Source of the DNA: a virus
IMG/VR virus record: IMGVR_UViG_3300014656_000015
DNA: 64,000 bases
Reading direction: 5' to 3' (one strand)
The position numbers and the translations under genes are program-made. Below the pieces are notes generated by a model. That model saw nothing but the letters and a program-made list of their open reading frames with translations, was not told the DNA's origin and did no database searches. This document shows, piece after piece, positions 9,617 to 18,699 of this stretch. How positions within the stretch are numbered: position 1 is the first letter of the stretch; every line of letters starts with the position of its first letter.

Positions 9617-10792
9617 ATGCGACGATTCATGCAAAGAGGGGTACGGACCCCGCTGATAGTGGAGATAGGGGTACGTGGTCGCGTGGTCCGGGTCCGGCGC
9701 GGGCTCCCGGACCAGGACCTGGCGGACGGGGAGAAGTGCGAGGTCTGTGACTCCGAGACCGCGGCACTGCGCAGGGCCGATGCCCTCATCCTGCAAACGA
9801 TCCGAGGTGGCTACGGAGAGGTGGATGAGTCCGGGAGCTGGCTGCAGGGTGAAGAGTCCCGGTTCGACTTCGACTACCCGGACCAGCTGGACCACCTCGC
9901 CCGACCCCAACAGGTCGAAGACCTCGAAGCAACACCGCACCGGATACATGTAGTGGGACGCGGCACACGGGATACCCTGGTAATCTGGGGAAGCCAGAAT
10001 GGCCACCAGATCCGTAGTACGAGAGGGGCCCACCTACACCCACGCCTACCCTACATCGACCAAGCCCTGAACCGACTCCGAGTACCACCATGCTCCGTCC
10101 TGCGGGGCAAGCTCTACCTGAAGGACCGGGAGCTGCTCAGCCAGATCGTCCGAGGACCCCTACAGCAAAGCCTGAAGCTGCAACGCTCCATGCTTCCCGA
10201 CTCCCGACCCCGACTCTGCCTCTACCTGATCCTGTACTGGGATGGGGCCGATGCATTGGGGGACACCAGGGTCTGGTGCGAGAGGCTCGACGCGCTGTCC
10301 GGTGGTGCACCGGACATCGAGATGGCCCGAGTCCGCTCCGAGCCGGCACCACCCGTCTCAGAGCTGCCGGACCAAGGTTTCATCCTGACCCTGGCGGAAG
10401 CCGGTGGGGTAGCCGCATATGATCCGCTACGCAAAGGAAGCATCGATGGTGCGCTGTGGCAACCCGGGCAGACCCGCACCATGCTTGTAATCTACGACCC
10501 GGATGGCCGGGCCGGGTGGCGCTTCGGCGGCAGCGCGGAACGAGCCTCCACCACCCCGAAGCACCTGGCACTCTACGCGCCGGAGCCCGATGGACCCCGA
10601 TATGCCGGGGTGCTACCCATGACGAGCTGCGCCACCACCGACCTGGATCCGGACCGGGTCCTGACCAACGCGCAGCGCTGGAACGGGATCGTGGGCACCG
10701 CCCGGGTCAGGTACAGCGAAGAGGAGAGGGGAAAGCTGCTCAGGGCTCGGATGGTGCGGTGGCTCGGAGACGGTCCACCGGATCAGACCTGA
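9617..10792 (+). CDS. degenerate ATP-dependent DNA ligase-like protein with WGR-like N-terminus
   Basis: Ligase-like motif order (IRSTRG, VLRGKL, LYLILYWDG, ERL, RMVRWLGD) but the catalytic K/D/E residues appear absent; GGAGG RBS. Confidence 0.55.
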   Translation: MRRFMQRGVRTPLIVEIGVRGRVVRVRRGLPDQDLADGEKCEVCDSETAALRRADALILQTIRGGYGEVDESGSWLQGEESRFDFDYPDQLDHLARPQQVEDLEATPHRIHVVGRGTRDTLVIWGSQNGHQIRSTRGAHLHPRLPYIDQALNRLRVPPCSVLRGKLYLKDRELLSQIVRGPLQQSLKLQRSMLPDSRPRLCLYLILYWDGADALGDTRVWCERLDALSGGAPDIEMARVRSEPAPPVSELPDQGFILTLAEAGGVAAYDPLRKGSIDGALWQPGQTRTMLVIYDPDGRAGWRFGGSAERASTTPKHLALYAPEPDGPRYAGVLPMTSCATTDLDPDRVLTNAQRWNGIVGTARVRYSEEERGKLLRARMVRWLGDGPPDQT

Positions 10793-11349
10793 CGCGCTTC
10801 CTCCGGTGTAACGACACTATTGAGGTCCTCGGCTCCGACCTCCACGGTCTCCGTGGTCTCCACAGGCTCCGGGTCCGGTACCGAGAACTGGGCCCCGGCC
10901 TGTTCGGCCCGCTTTGCCAGGATCCGTCGCTTGGCCTCCTCCTGCATCTCTCGACGCTGGGCCACGGCCTCCTCCCGACCCTGCTCCGCCCTGCTGAGCA
11001 TGTCCTCCATGTGCTTCCGGCACATCTCGGCAAACTGCTCCTCCGAGATCCGACCCGTGGACTTCGCGATGTCGGCTAGCGCAAGCACGGTTGCGGACAC
11101 GTTCACGGCCCGGTTCACCAGCTCCTTCTGGTTCGCGTAGAGCGTGGGCAGGTTCATGGCCAGGACCTGGTCGATCTGACCTATAGCCTGCTCAAGCCGG
11201 GCCAGCCGGGCCGTCAGGCCCTGCCCCCCTTCCTTTCCGTGGAGGTCGGCTACCTGTTCCTTTCGCAGCTCCCGCTCCCCGGACACTAGCCTTTTTGGCT
11301 TTCGGACGCTTCGCCGTGCTCCTCTTCTGCCTTGTCTTTCTGGGCTCAT
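10783..11349 (-). CDS. hypothetical coiled-coil protein
   Basis: GGAGAGAGG RBS before MSPERQ; start uncertain because it overlaps the upstream gene. Confidence 0.6.
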   Translation of the reverse strand: MSPERQGRRGARRSVRKPKRLVSGERELRKEQVADLHGKEGGQGLTARLARLEQAIGQIDQVLAMNLPTLYANQKELVNRAVNVSATVLALADIAKSTGRISEEQFAEMCRKHMEDMLSRAEQGREEAVAQRREMQEEAKRRILAKRAEQAGAQFSVPDPEPVETTETVEVGAEDLNSVVTPEEARQV

Positions 11350-11608
11350 TCCTCTCTCCACTCCCGGATTCCGGAACCAGGATGTTCTCGATACGAGCTA
11401 TCTCATCCCGAATCGGCGCCATGCAACGCTTCTCGATCTCGGACAGTACATCGCTGAGCTCCCTGGTGCCGCCCTCGCCGTAGCGGTACGACACCGCCTG
11501 TTGCGGGGTACGTTGCTCATCTCCGGTCAGGAGCAGCTCGTACACCGCTATCCGCAGCTTCAGCGCGGCGTAGCGTTCCATGAGCTCGGCGAACTTCATG
11601 GGCTGCAT
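11192..11608 (-). CDS. hypothetical protein with basic tail
   Basis: Starts 2 nt after the preceding stop. Confidence 0.6.
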   Translation of the reverse strand: MQPMKFAELMERYAALKLRIAVYELLLTGDEQRTPQQAVSYRYGEGGTRELSDVLSEIEKRCMAPIRDEIARIENILVPESGSGERNEPRKTRQKRSTAKRPKAKKASVRGAGAAKGTGSRPPRKGRGAGPDGPAGPA

Positions 11609-11609
11609 C

Positions 11610-12275
11610 CTACGCCCGCAACAGGTTGAGGAAGGTCTTCTCCAGATCGGCCCCCGTTGACAGATCCTGATAGATCCGGTGCAACGGGTAGTAGAGCCGG
11701 ACCCACAGCTTCCGCTCCTTCCGCATCAGCTCGCCGCCGTGGTTCTTCAACTGCTCCCGAATAGTGGCGGTGTGGATGCTCTCCCTCGGCGTCTTCATGT
11801 AAATATCGGCATCCGTGTTCAGGCGGACGAAGAAGCGAGTCATGACCCGCGCCCAGTTCTGGTACGTCAAGCGGAACAGAAGCGCGTCCCCCAAGGAGTC
11901 CACTGGCCACGCCTTCCGACATATCGGGCACACCGCCTTCATGAGCCTGTACGAGATCAGCTCATGAGGAATGATACCTGGACACGCACGATCCGGGCAA
12001 GGCCGGGCCGGCTCGTCGCACTCCCCGGACCCCGACTTGCCGCTGCGGTGCACGACGAGCGACCCGGGGAAGTGAGTGTGCTGGCTCCGCTCCTTTCCGA
12101 AAAGGAACTCGAGCTTGTAGGTAGCCTTGATGGTCTTGGGGAACAGGTTGCGCAGTGCGGCCCGACGCTGCTCGATACTCTCGAGCTCCTCCGCCGAGAG
12201 CTCCGGGATCGCTTCACCCCGGGCCTGTCTCAGCATCAGCGCCATGTCCTCACGCGGACCAAAGAACTGGCTCAT
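11610..12275 (-). CDS. Zn-finger-containing hypothetical protein
   Basis: CPDRAC...CPIC; AGGAG RBS. Confidence 0.75.
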   Translation of the reverse strand: MSQFFGPREDMALMLRQARGEAIPELSAEELESIEQRRAALRNLFPKTIKATYKLEFLFGKERSQHTHFPGSLVVHRSGKSGSGECDEPARPCPDRACPGIIPHELISYRLMKAVCPICRKAWPVDSLGDALLFRLTYQNWARVMTRFFVRLNTDADIYMKTPRESIHTATIREQLKNHGGELMRKERKLWVRLYYPLHRIYQDLSTGADLEKTFLNLLRA

Positions 12276-12284
12276 CGTCCTCTC

Positions 12285-12953
12285 CTACGAGGTCCGCACG
12301 AGGTGGGCGCCCTTCTGCCGTTTGCCCGCCTCGCCGATCTTCCCTTCAGGTGCGACTCGTAATGAGTGTGGTTCCAAAGGGTAGGAAACCACCTCGCCGT
12401 TAACAACTTCCCCTCCGATTTTATTACGGTTTTTGCCCCCCCTCGGTTTCCCGGGGGAGGCTGGCTGGGACCGGCCCGCGTTCGGAATGGGGGCCGTGGG
12501 GTGCACCTGGATCTCTCTCCTATGTTCTAACAATACGGTGGCCATGTCAAGAAAACGACACAGCTCGAGCACGGAATCTCGCAGGGCCTCGGACCAAAGC
12601 TGGAAGTTCCAGGTATAACCCAATCTACCGTCGCCCAGGGCCATGTACTGCTGACAGATGTGCAGACGCCATTTGGGGTCGCCCAGCGTCTGCTGCCTCC
12701 GCTCCTCCCGCAGGAGCAAAGCAACTACCCAGATCCAGGACGACTCATCGTGGATGCGGAGAATGAGCTTGAGCCCGCCGCTGCCGATCACGCTCGACTT
12801 CGTCTGGAACCGGGTACCGACACGGGTCAGCGCCAGCTCCAGCTCCTCGACAAGAGACGGCTCAGTTGGGGCCGACACCGGCGGACTGATCCCCGTACTC
12901 GAGCTCGGACTGGGCTCCGACTTCTGACTCGGCTCGTTCCGCTCCGTGTCCAT
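12285..12953 (-). CDS. hypothetical protein
   Basis: 222 aa ORF within the operon. Confidence 0.7.
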   Translation of the reverse strand: MDTERNEPSQKSEPSPSSSTGISPPVSAPTEPSLVEELELALTRVGTRFQTKSSVIGSGGLKLILRIHDESSWIWVVALLLREERRQQTLGDPKWRLHICQQYMALGDGRLGYTWNFQLWSEALRDSVLELCRFLDMATVLLEHRREIQVHPTAPIPNAGRSQPASPGKPRGGKNRNKIGGEVVNGEVVSYPLEPHSLRVAPEGKIGEAGKRQKGAHLVRTS

Positions 12954-13158
12954 CGTCAGCCCCCTTCCTGCGGAGCCGGGCCAGACCCTCCCGGACCTCG
13001 TCCCAGGTCGCGCTCGCCCGGAACGTCAGCTTGCCGGTCCTGGCCCTCGTCTCGAATCCGGTGTCGGTCACCACCAGAGCCCCGTAGGTCTCCGGCTCCG
13101 TCTCCTGATCCTCGGTCAACAGCCCCGAAACGTAGAGCTCCCTCTTCTCCCGCAACAT
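12862..13158 (-). CDS. hypothetical protein
   Basis: Strong AAGGAGG RBS before MLREKR; overlaps both neighbours. Confidence 0.45.
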   Translation of the reverse strand: MLREKRELYVSGLLTEDQETEPETYGALVVTDTGFETRARTGKLTFRASATWDEVREGLARLRRKGADDGHGAERAESEVGAQSELEYGDQSAGVGPN

Positions 13159-13699
13159 TCCTGCCTCCTTCCCATAGAAGCTGGACCATGATGCCCAGCT
13201 CGGCCTTTCCAATGACCTGCCTCCGACTCCTGCAACACATCAGGATCAGCTGCTCCGTACGCAGCCCCTGCACCTCCACCAACGGTAGGTTGAACAGGCT
13301 GATCACGCGCTCCGGATGCGTCTCCCCGATCCACCCCATCACCTCGACCACGGAGCCGCAGAACCAGCCAACACCGTACAGACCTCGAGACGCCGCCGCC
13401 GTGAAGATGCGATGTATCGACTCGAGCGGGGCATCGCCGGACCGCTCCTCGAGCTCCTCGAGCCGCACGTGCTGCAGCAGACCCCAAGGATCCCGTATCC
13501 GTCGGGTCTCCTCGGCGCCCAGCAGGGCCTCCGCATCCTCCCTGCCGTGGTACACCACCCGGATCCGCACCGTCTCCCCACTACCGGTCACATGCAGCTC
13601 GGAGACATGATCGCCGAGGCACAGCGCCGCGGCCACCGCCTCGATCAAATGGTCCCGAGACGGGACCTCGTTCAACATGAAGGAGCGTTCCAGCCTCAT
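12956..13699 (-). CDS. hypothetical protein
   Basis: 247 aa ORF coupled to the RHH gene; C-terminal ~65 aa is probably run-on. Confidence 0.65.
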   Translation of the reverse strand: MRLERSFMLNEVPSRDHLIEAVAAALCLGDHVSELHVTGSGETVRIRVVYHGREDAEALLGAEETRRIRDPWGLLQHVRLEELEERSGDAPLESIHRIFTAAASRGLYGVGWFCGSVVEVMGWIGETHPERVISLFNLPLVEVQGLRTEQLILMCCRSRRQVIGKAELGIMVQLLWEGGRNVAGEEGALRFGAVDRGSGDGAGDLRGSGGDRHRIRDEGQDRQADVPGERDLGRGPGGSGPAPQEGG

Positions 13700-13869
13700 A
13701 GCTGCCTGACCTCCGGCTTCTGCTCGTCGTGCACCCGCTGCAGATTCCGCACGAAGTCCTCGATAAGGGCCGTGATCGTCACCCCTCTGAGCTCGGAGTA
13801 GTACAGTAGCCAGTCCTTCAGACCGGCATCCAGCCTACAGCTGAGCCTGGCTGTCTTCTGCCGCCGCAT
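13696..13869 (-). CDS. ribbon-helix-helix DNA-binding protein
   Basis: TARLSCRLDAGLKDWLLYYSELRGVTITALIEDFV fits an RHH strand-helix-helix pattern. Confidence 0.6.
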   Translation of the reverse strand: MRRQKTARLSCRLDAGLKDWLLYYSELRGVTITALIEDFVRNLQRVHDEQKPEVRQL

Positions 13870-14239
13870 CCGCCACCGCCAACACATCACCCAACTCGAT
13901 CACGAACTCGTCGGGACCGATACAGTGTTGTCGCCGCAAGGCCTGACCCGTGTGGGTCTCCTTGAGGTACCGGATGTACAGGACCCGGTCCCCGACCCTG
14001 ACCCCTGCCTCGGACAGCGGGATCACCACACCATCCCGACAAATCGGGTAGCGTCGGCTCACCTCGCCGGAGTGATCCACGGCGTGGAAACAGGTCCCGA
14101 CCGCCAGGACGGTACCCCACTGCCCGACGTGCTCCACGGACCCGGCCGGTACGATGACACCACTCTCGCGTACCTGCTCCCCATCCTCAGCCGGGTCGAA
14201 GCGGACGAGGAAGCGAGGCCCGAGCGGCCGGAACCCCAT
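13835..14239 (-). CDS. groES: GroES/Cpn10-like co-chaperonin
   Basis: FRPLGPRFLV, ESGVIVP, GTVLAVG, VRVGDRVLY motifs. Confidence 0.85.
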   Translation of the reverse strand: MGFRPLGPRFLVRFDPAEDGEQVRESGVIVPAGSVEHVGQWGTVLAVGTCFHAVDHSGEVSRRYPICRDGVVIPLSEAGVRVGDRVLYIRYLKETHTGQALRRQHCIGPDEFVIELGDVLAVADAAAEDSQAQL

Positions 14240-14634
14240 CAGTACCCCCCACCGAGATCGGTGGCATCGAGCGGGAGATCGGGGAACGCATCGAGCACTG
14301 GTTCCGGCACCGCGGTGGCACCCGTGGTGACGCCATCCGTCGGCAACGCGCCACTCCGCTTCTGTGTCGCGTCGGTCGAGTCCAACGCCGCCAGGATCTG
14401 CCCCTTCAGCTTCTCGTTGGGCTCCGCCTTCTTCTCCCAGACATCGGCCGGGAGCATCCAGACCCGATCCCGCCCGATCCGAATGCCGAGGGAAGACACG
14501 AGCCTGCCCTTGGAGTCGGTGCACTGCACCAGAAAGGTCTCGACCCGGACCGCACCGAAGAACTCGTTCGGTTTGCCTACTGGATGCCGGAGCAGCCGCC
14601 CCGTCGCACCACGACCCATGGAACCACGTGCCAT
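14239..14634 (-). CDS. hypothetical protein
   Basis: TGATG-coupled on both sides; GGAGG RBS. Confidence 0.65.
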   Translation of the reverse strand: MARGSMGRGATGRLLRHPVGKPNEFFGAVRVETFLVQCTDSKGRLVSSLGIRIGRDRVWMLPADVWEKKAEPNEKLKGQILAALDSTDATQKRSGALPTDGVTTGATAVPEPVLDAFPDLPLDATDLGGGY

Positions 14635-15095
14635 CACTTCCTCCACATTCTCTGCACAACGGCTCCGCCGGAGCCAACACCCAGCTCCAACCGGAGCCCA
14701 TTATCCAGGACCAGCGTCTTGATCACCCTGGAAGACTCGGTTCCAGGGAGAGAAAGAGATTCATTCTCGAACACGACTCGAGCCACTCCGTGATCACGAA
14801 GTACGGCGCCAACCAGCTCATTGCTGGGATTGATCTGATCGGGCAGACCCTGGCCCGTGAGGGCCGCGTAGAGCTCACGCACGGTGTAGAGCTCCGGATC
14901 GGACCCGGAGGCGGACAAGCGGTCCGAGCCCCTGAGCACGGGACGCACCGCACCGCGTGCATCGCACCGAGGACAGACCGTCTCGGCCATGGGGAGTCGG
15001 AGCAGCAGGTGTGCCGACGCCGGCTCGTGCTCGACCCCGGACAGGCCGAACGAGGCATCGCACCGATCGCACCGATAGCCACCGATTTTGATCAT
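14634..15095 (-). CDS. Zn-ribbon hypothetical protein
   Basis: CDRC...CPRC; coupled ORF. Confidence 0.7.
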   Translation of the reverse strand: MIKIGGYRCDRCDASFGLSGVEHEPASAHLLLRLPMAETVCPRCDARGAVRPVLRGSDRLSASGSDPELYTVRELYAALTGQGLPDQINPSNELVGAVLRDHGVARVVFENESLSLPGTESSRVIKTLVLDNGLRLELGVGSGGAVVQRMWRK

Positions 15096-15589
15096 ACCTG
15101 CTCTCCATAGCGGGACGGCAGCTCGCCTGGACCGAGCCCCTCGACCAGGAGCTCATCCTCGTCCAGGCCCATGTCCACACCGGACTCGGCCAGGATCGCA
15201 CCGAGGTCATCCGGAGCCAGCTCGCCCTCCGCCACTCTACGTTCAGCATCCCGAAGCAGGCTGGCCAGGGCCTCGGTGTCCACCATCCGCGGGACCCCGT
15301 GCACCGGTTGGTCCAGCAACTGCGCATCGAACAGAATCGAATCGTCTTCCTCCGGCTCCACCGGCATCCGAGGCGCCACGGTCCCCGGGGTGCGTGGACG
15401 TGGAGCTGGGGGCGCCGCCTCCTCGACCGTCTCCATGGCGCTATGCAACAGCGCCAGAAGCTGCTCATAGGTCTCCGGGGCGATCCGGATCTGGAACTCG
15501 TGGCCATCGACCTCCACCAACATGAACCGGGAGAGCCCGGCACGGATGTCCAGAGCCTCGGCCACACCCAGCACACGCACATCCTTCAC
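15092..15589 (-). CDS. acidic hypothetical protein
   Basis: GGAGG RBS before GTG 15589; D/E-rich C-terminus. Confidence 0.65.
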   Translation of the reverse strand: MKDVRVLGVAEALDIRAGLSRFMLVEVDGHEFQIRIAPETYEQLLALLHSAMETVEEAAPPAPRPRTPGTVAPRMPVEPEEDDSILFDAQLLDQPVHGVPRMVDTEALASLLRDAERRVAEGELAPDDLGAILAESGVDMGLDEDELLVEGLGPGELPSRYGEQV

Positions 15590-15834
15590 GGTCGACCTCC
15601 GTAGGGTGGTGCAATGGGCGATGTCATGACACGGGCCGAAAGGGACATTCCGAGCCGACCCAGAGCCTGCTCGATGGCTCCGAGCCGATCCACGGCCTCC
15701 GTCATCCGGATCAACAAGAAGCACTCCTGAGTCGACTCGTCATATGCCCGGCAGGCCGCTGTGCAAGGTTGGCGGCCAGCATGTAGCCAGCAATCGATTT
15801 TACGTGCTGGCTCCGCCTTTCGAAAGGGTCCCAT
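15586..15834 (-). CDS. small Cys-rich hypothetical protein
   Basis: CW...PCTAACRAY...EC; coupled ORF. Confidence 0.6.
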   Translation of the reverse strand: MGPFRKAEPARKIDCWLHAGRQPCTAACRAYDESTQECFLLIRMTEAVDRLGAIEQALGRLGMSLSARVMTSPIAPPYGGRP

Positions 15835-15835
15835 C

Positions 15836-16243
15836 TCAGTTCACCCCACCATTCCCCTGGACACGCAAGGCCCGCCGTGCCTCCAGGACCGTTGCGTCCG
15901 GATCCGCCACGGCCCGAACCACGGTCTCGAACAGGTTCCGAGTGGACAAGGCGAGCAGTGCGGTCAAATACTCCAGGTTCTTCGGGTCCGTGCTCTTCGG
16001 AACCAGACCGAACCGCACCAGGGCGGACCCTACCTGTGGAGACACGTCCTGGGCCAGGTGCAGCAGGAGAGCACGGAATCCCCGCATATCCAGGACCCGA
16101 TCCCCGAATGGCACCAGGATCAGATCCTCCGAGCTCCCGTCCCACCCGCACAGGGCACAGTGCACCGGACGCACGCCTACCACGACAACATCCTTGTCAT
16201 CGTAGGGGTACCGGCAATTCGGGCATATCGTCAGCGTCGCCAT
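15836..16243 (-). CDS. Zn-ribbon hypothetical protein
   Basis: CPNC...CALCGW. Confidence 0.7.
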   Translation of the reverse strand: MATLTICPNCRYPYDDKDVVVVGVRPVHCALCGWDGSSEDLILVPFGDRVLDMRGFRALLLHLAQDVSPQVGSALVRFGLVPKSTDPKNLEYLTALLALSTRNLFETVVRAVADPDATVLEARRALRVQGNGGVN

Positions 16244-16617
16244 CTTCGTCTGAGAGCCTCTCTCAATTGACTACGGAAGCTGGGTGCGGCGTGCTCCGTC
16301 ACCACCAGGGGGCCACGTTGCCGCTCCGCAACCAGCGCCTTATGGATGTCCTCTTCCTCCCGCCGCTGCTCCTGCTCCACGTAAGGCAGCAACGCCTTCC
16401 GATAATTGGTAAACGCGCTCCGCACCGCGGTCGCCGAGCTCTCCGGTGAGGTCAATACGGCCTGCACCAACAAGAAGGTCTCCAGGAACCGGGCCGTCTC
16501 CTGACGCATCTGAACCAGCAAGCAGAGGGCCTCCATGACAGACCCCGGCTCGGGCGGACGCTCTATGGTCCGCAGATAGAGGTTGGCCCTGGCCCAACCG
16601 AGCGGGGTCCCTAACCA
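16231..16617 (-). CDS. tail assembly chaperone, frameshifted C-terminal (gpT-like) segment
   Basis: The -1 frame is open from the slippery site (KWLGTPLGWARANLY...) through to the stop at 16231. Confidence 0.7.
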   Translation of the reverse strand, partial: WLGTPLGWARANLYLRTIERPPEPGSVMEALCLLVQMRQETARFLETFLLVQAVLTSPESSATAVRSAFTNYRKALLPYVEQEQRREEEDIHKALVAERQRGPLVVTEHAAPSFRSQLREALRRRWRR

Positions 16618-17567
16618 TTTCCCAACACCTCGGGCAACGACAGCTTGCGGACCCGATCATCGAACCACTTCCCGTTGAGCTGGATCAACGAGATGAATCG
16701 AAGCGGGCGCTCCAGGATGAAGTCGAGGCGTTTGAGGAACCCCTCCTTGACGAACTGGCCGTTGGACCGAAACGCGGGTAGCACCATCTGCGTCTTCGGG
16801 TCCTCGTAGCTATACAGGGACGCCGCCAGCTGCATGAAACCGAGCCGGTCCTGGAGGTACATCGGGCTCCCCGTGGCCTGGTACAGCATCTCCAGGATGT
16901 CCTGGGTGTCGCCGGGGGTCAACGATCGAAAGGTCACCGTGATCCGGTCATTGATCCGAACCCGCTGCCGAGCCTCGCCGTGCAGGATCAGGGTCTCCCA
17001 GTTCAAGGACTCCGCGTTCGTCTCGACCCACTCCTTGTACTTCTCCCTCCGCTCCCTGCCCTCCCGCCCCGTACCAAAGATGGCCTCGAGCTCGGCTTGA
17101 ACCTCCTGCTGCAGCAGACGATCCATCTCATCGTCCTGAAGCGCGTCACGGACCTCCCGATCCTTGTCCCGATCCGGAGTATCCGGAACGACGGGCGGGG
17201 GCAGGGGTCCCACCGGCGGGGGCTGCTGCATTGCCTCGTCCAACGCCTGGAACCCAGCCGCGGCCTCGTCCCGAGTCATCCGGTTCGGCTTGGGGACGGC
17301 CAGCTCCGTGATCGGGACACCGGCCCCGGCACGCATCTGGGCCGGGGGCATGCCCGGTGTCGGCGGCTGCTTCAGCGCCCACGGTGGTATGACCCCGTGT
17401 GACGGCTGAACATAGCTCTGGGGCGACCCGGTTCCGAGCTGCACCTCACCGTCCTGGGGTGATGCCGGCCTACCACGCGGGGGGAAGTCCGGAGGCTGAG
17501 CCTGCCGGGCCCGGGCCATCACCAGCTCCATCTCCAGTTGCCGTATTCTCTCCTGTTCGTCCGCCAC
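16611..17567 (-). CDS. tail assembly chaperone (gpG-like) with Pro-rich N-terminus
   Basis: ITVTFRSLT motif; ends ...EVLGNG* over the slippery site. Confidence 0.7.
   Translation of the reverse strand: MADEQERIRQLEMELVMARARQAQPPDFPPRGRPASPQDGEVQLGTGSPQSYVQPSHGVIPPWALKQPPTPGMPPAQMRAGAGVPITELAVPKPNRMTRDEAAAGFQALDEAMQQPPPVGPLPPPVVPDTPDRDKDREVRDALQDDEMDRLLQQEVQAELEAIFGTGREGRERREKYKEWVETNAESLNWETLILHGEARQRVRINDRITVTFRSLTPGDTQDILEMLYQATGSPMYLQDRLGFMQLAASLYSYEDPKTQMVLPAFRSNGQFVKEGFLKRLDFILERPLRFISLIQLNGKWFDDRVRKLSLPEVLGNG
16617..16623 (-). other. programmed -1 ribosomal frameshift slippery heptamer G GGA AAT
   Basis: X XXY YYZ pattern in the correct frame, one codon before the TAG of the upstream ORF. 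Confidence 0.75.
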
Positions 17568-17760
17568 TTCGGCTCCCTTTCTCCCGGATCAGGTAATCCC
17601 CGAACAACCGCTCCCGGACCAGATTCAGGAATGCGACCTGGGGTACCGTCATCGGCATGAGGCCGTAGCTCACCAGGTGCTCCCAGAGCCGACCCGTTTC
17701 GGCACGGAGACCTCGGTGGATCCAGACTTCCTCGAGCTGCTTCTCGGTGATCAGCCCCAT
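17470..17760 (-). CDS. hypothetical protein, probably leaderless
   Basis: ATG 6 nt after a sigma70-like -10. Confidence 0.55.
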   Translation of the reverse strand: MGLITEKQLEEVWIHRGLRAETGRLWEHLVSYGLMPMTVPQVAFLNLVRERLFGDYLIREKGSRSGGRTGENTATGDGAGDGPGPAGSASGLPPAW

Positions 17761-17766
17761 GCCCGG

Positions 17767-17795
17767 ACTCTAAGTCGGGCCGATCCCGCTGTCAA
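17767..17795 (-). promoter_or_regulatory. sigma70-type promoter
   Basis: TTGACA-N17-TAGAGT. Confidence 0.75.
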
Positions 17796-17825
17796 GGAGA
17801 AATGTGCGGACACTGTACACCCAGA

Positions 17826-17869
17826 TCAAAAAGTCGGACCCGTGCCGTTATAAGCATGCTGGAAAGGAG
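17826..17869 (+). promoter_or_regulatory. ATAAG-class promoter plus RBS
   Basis: TCAAAA-N17-TATAAG...GGAAAGGAG. Confidence 0.7.
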
Positions 17870-17876
17870 ACAAACA

Positions 17877-18134
17877 ATGTCTCAGGTAGGAACCTGGTTC
17901 CGAGCCCTGGTGCTCGGAACACTATACATGGCAACGAACCTCGCTCGGGGAATGAGCGAGGAGAATGCCTGGCAGCTCGCTGCCAGGCGGACACTGGCGG
18001 GGTGCCCGTCCCGCCACTTCGAGCCCGACCTGGAAGAGATCGGCATGGAGCTCAGCTCCACCATGATCCGCTTCCGGGACGGGACCGCCACCCGGACCCC
18101 TACCGGGTGGAAGCTCGCCAAGTTTCCCACCTAG
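17877..18134 (+). CDS. small accessory cassette protein
   Basis: MSQVGTWF; framed by the promoter/RBS and GCCGC hairpin+TTCCATTAGC. Confidence 0.7.
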   Translation: MSQVGTWFRALVLGTLYMATNLARGMSEENAWQLAARRTLAGCPSRHFEPDLEEIGMELSSTMIRFRDGTATRTPTGWKLAKFPT

Positions 18135-18248
18135 CCGCATCCCGCGGCACTTCCATTAGCACCCTATTGGTTGCCCCATTCCAGTCCATAACAATAGAAA
18201 CGGTCGGAATCATTGAGCTCTATTGGCCGCTTATTGATCACTAAAGGC

Positions 18249-18292
18249 GTAAAACGAGGAGGCTATCGTGTCATAAGAATTATGGAAAGGAG
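18249..18292 (+). promoter_or_regulatory. ATAAG-class promoter plus RBS
   Basis: GTAAAA-N17-CATAAGAATTATGGAAAGGAG. Confidence 0.75.
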
Positions 18293-18300
18293 CACAAACA

Positions 18301-18633
18301 ATGCTCACAGACCTCAGGGAGGAGGAGGTTGTGGAGATCCGCAACTTCCTCAGCGAGAGAGAGGCGCAACGCCGCGCCGCTCTGTCGCCCGTAGAACGGG
18401 CGATAGAGGATTATGATTCTGAATCGCCTCGATCGATCGTGAGATTGATCGAGGCAGTTGAGGAGCAGGAGCGCGCCGAGAGGCGCGCGGATCTGGTGCC
18501 CAAGCTGATCGGGGGCGCCGCCCTAGTCGGCCTCATCGGCGCCGAGGTCCTCGCCATCCGGGCGGCCCTCAAGGCCCCCCGGACCCGGCGCGGCGCGATC
18601 ATGCGCGCCGCCATCAAATGGCTCACCCGCTAG
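18301..18633 (+). CDS. accessory cassette protein with a C-terminal TM helix
   Basis: LIGGAALVGLIGAEVLAI segment; ends at hairpin+TTTCCCTTAGC. Confidence 0.75.
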   Translation: MLTDLREEEVVEIRNFLSEREAQRRAALSPVERAIEDYDSESPRSIVRLIEAVEEQERAERRADLVPKLIGGAALVGLIGAEVLAIRAALKAPRTRRGAIMRAAIKWLTR

Positions 18634-18699
18634 CAGAGCGGGGTCGGAGCTCCCTCCCCAGCCGCACTCGCGGCATTTCCCTTAGCACGGTATAAGCAA

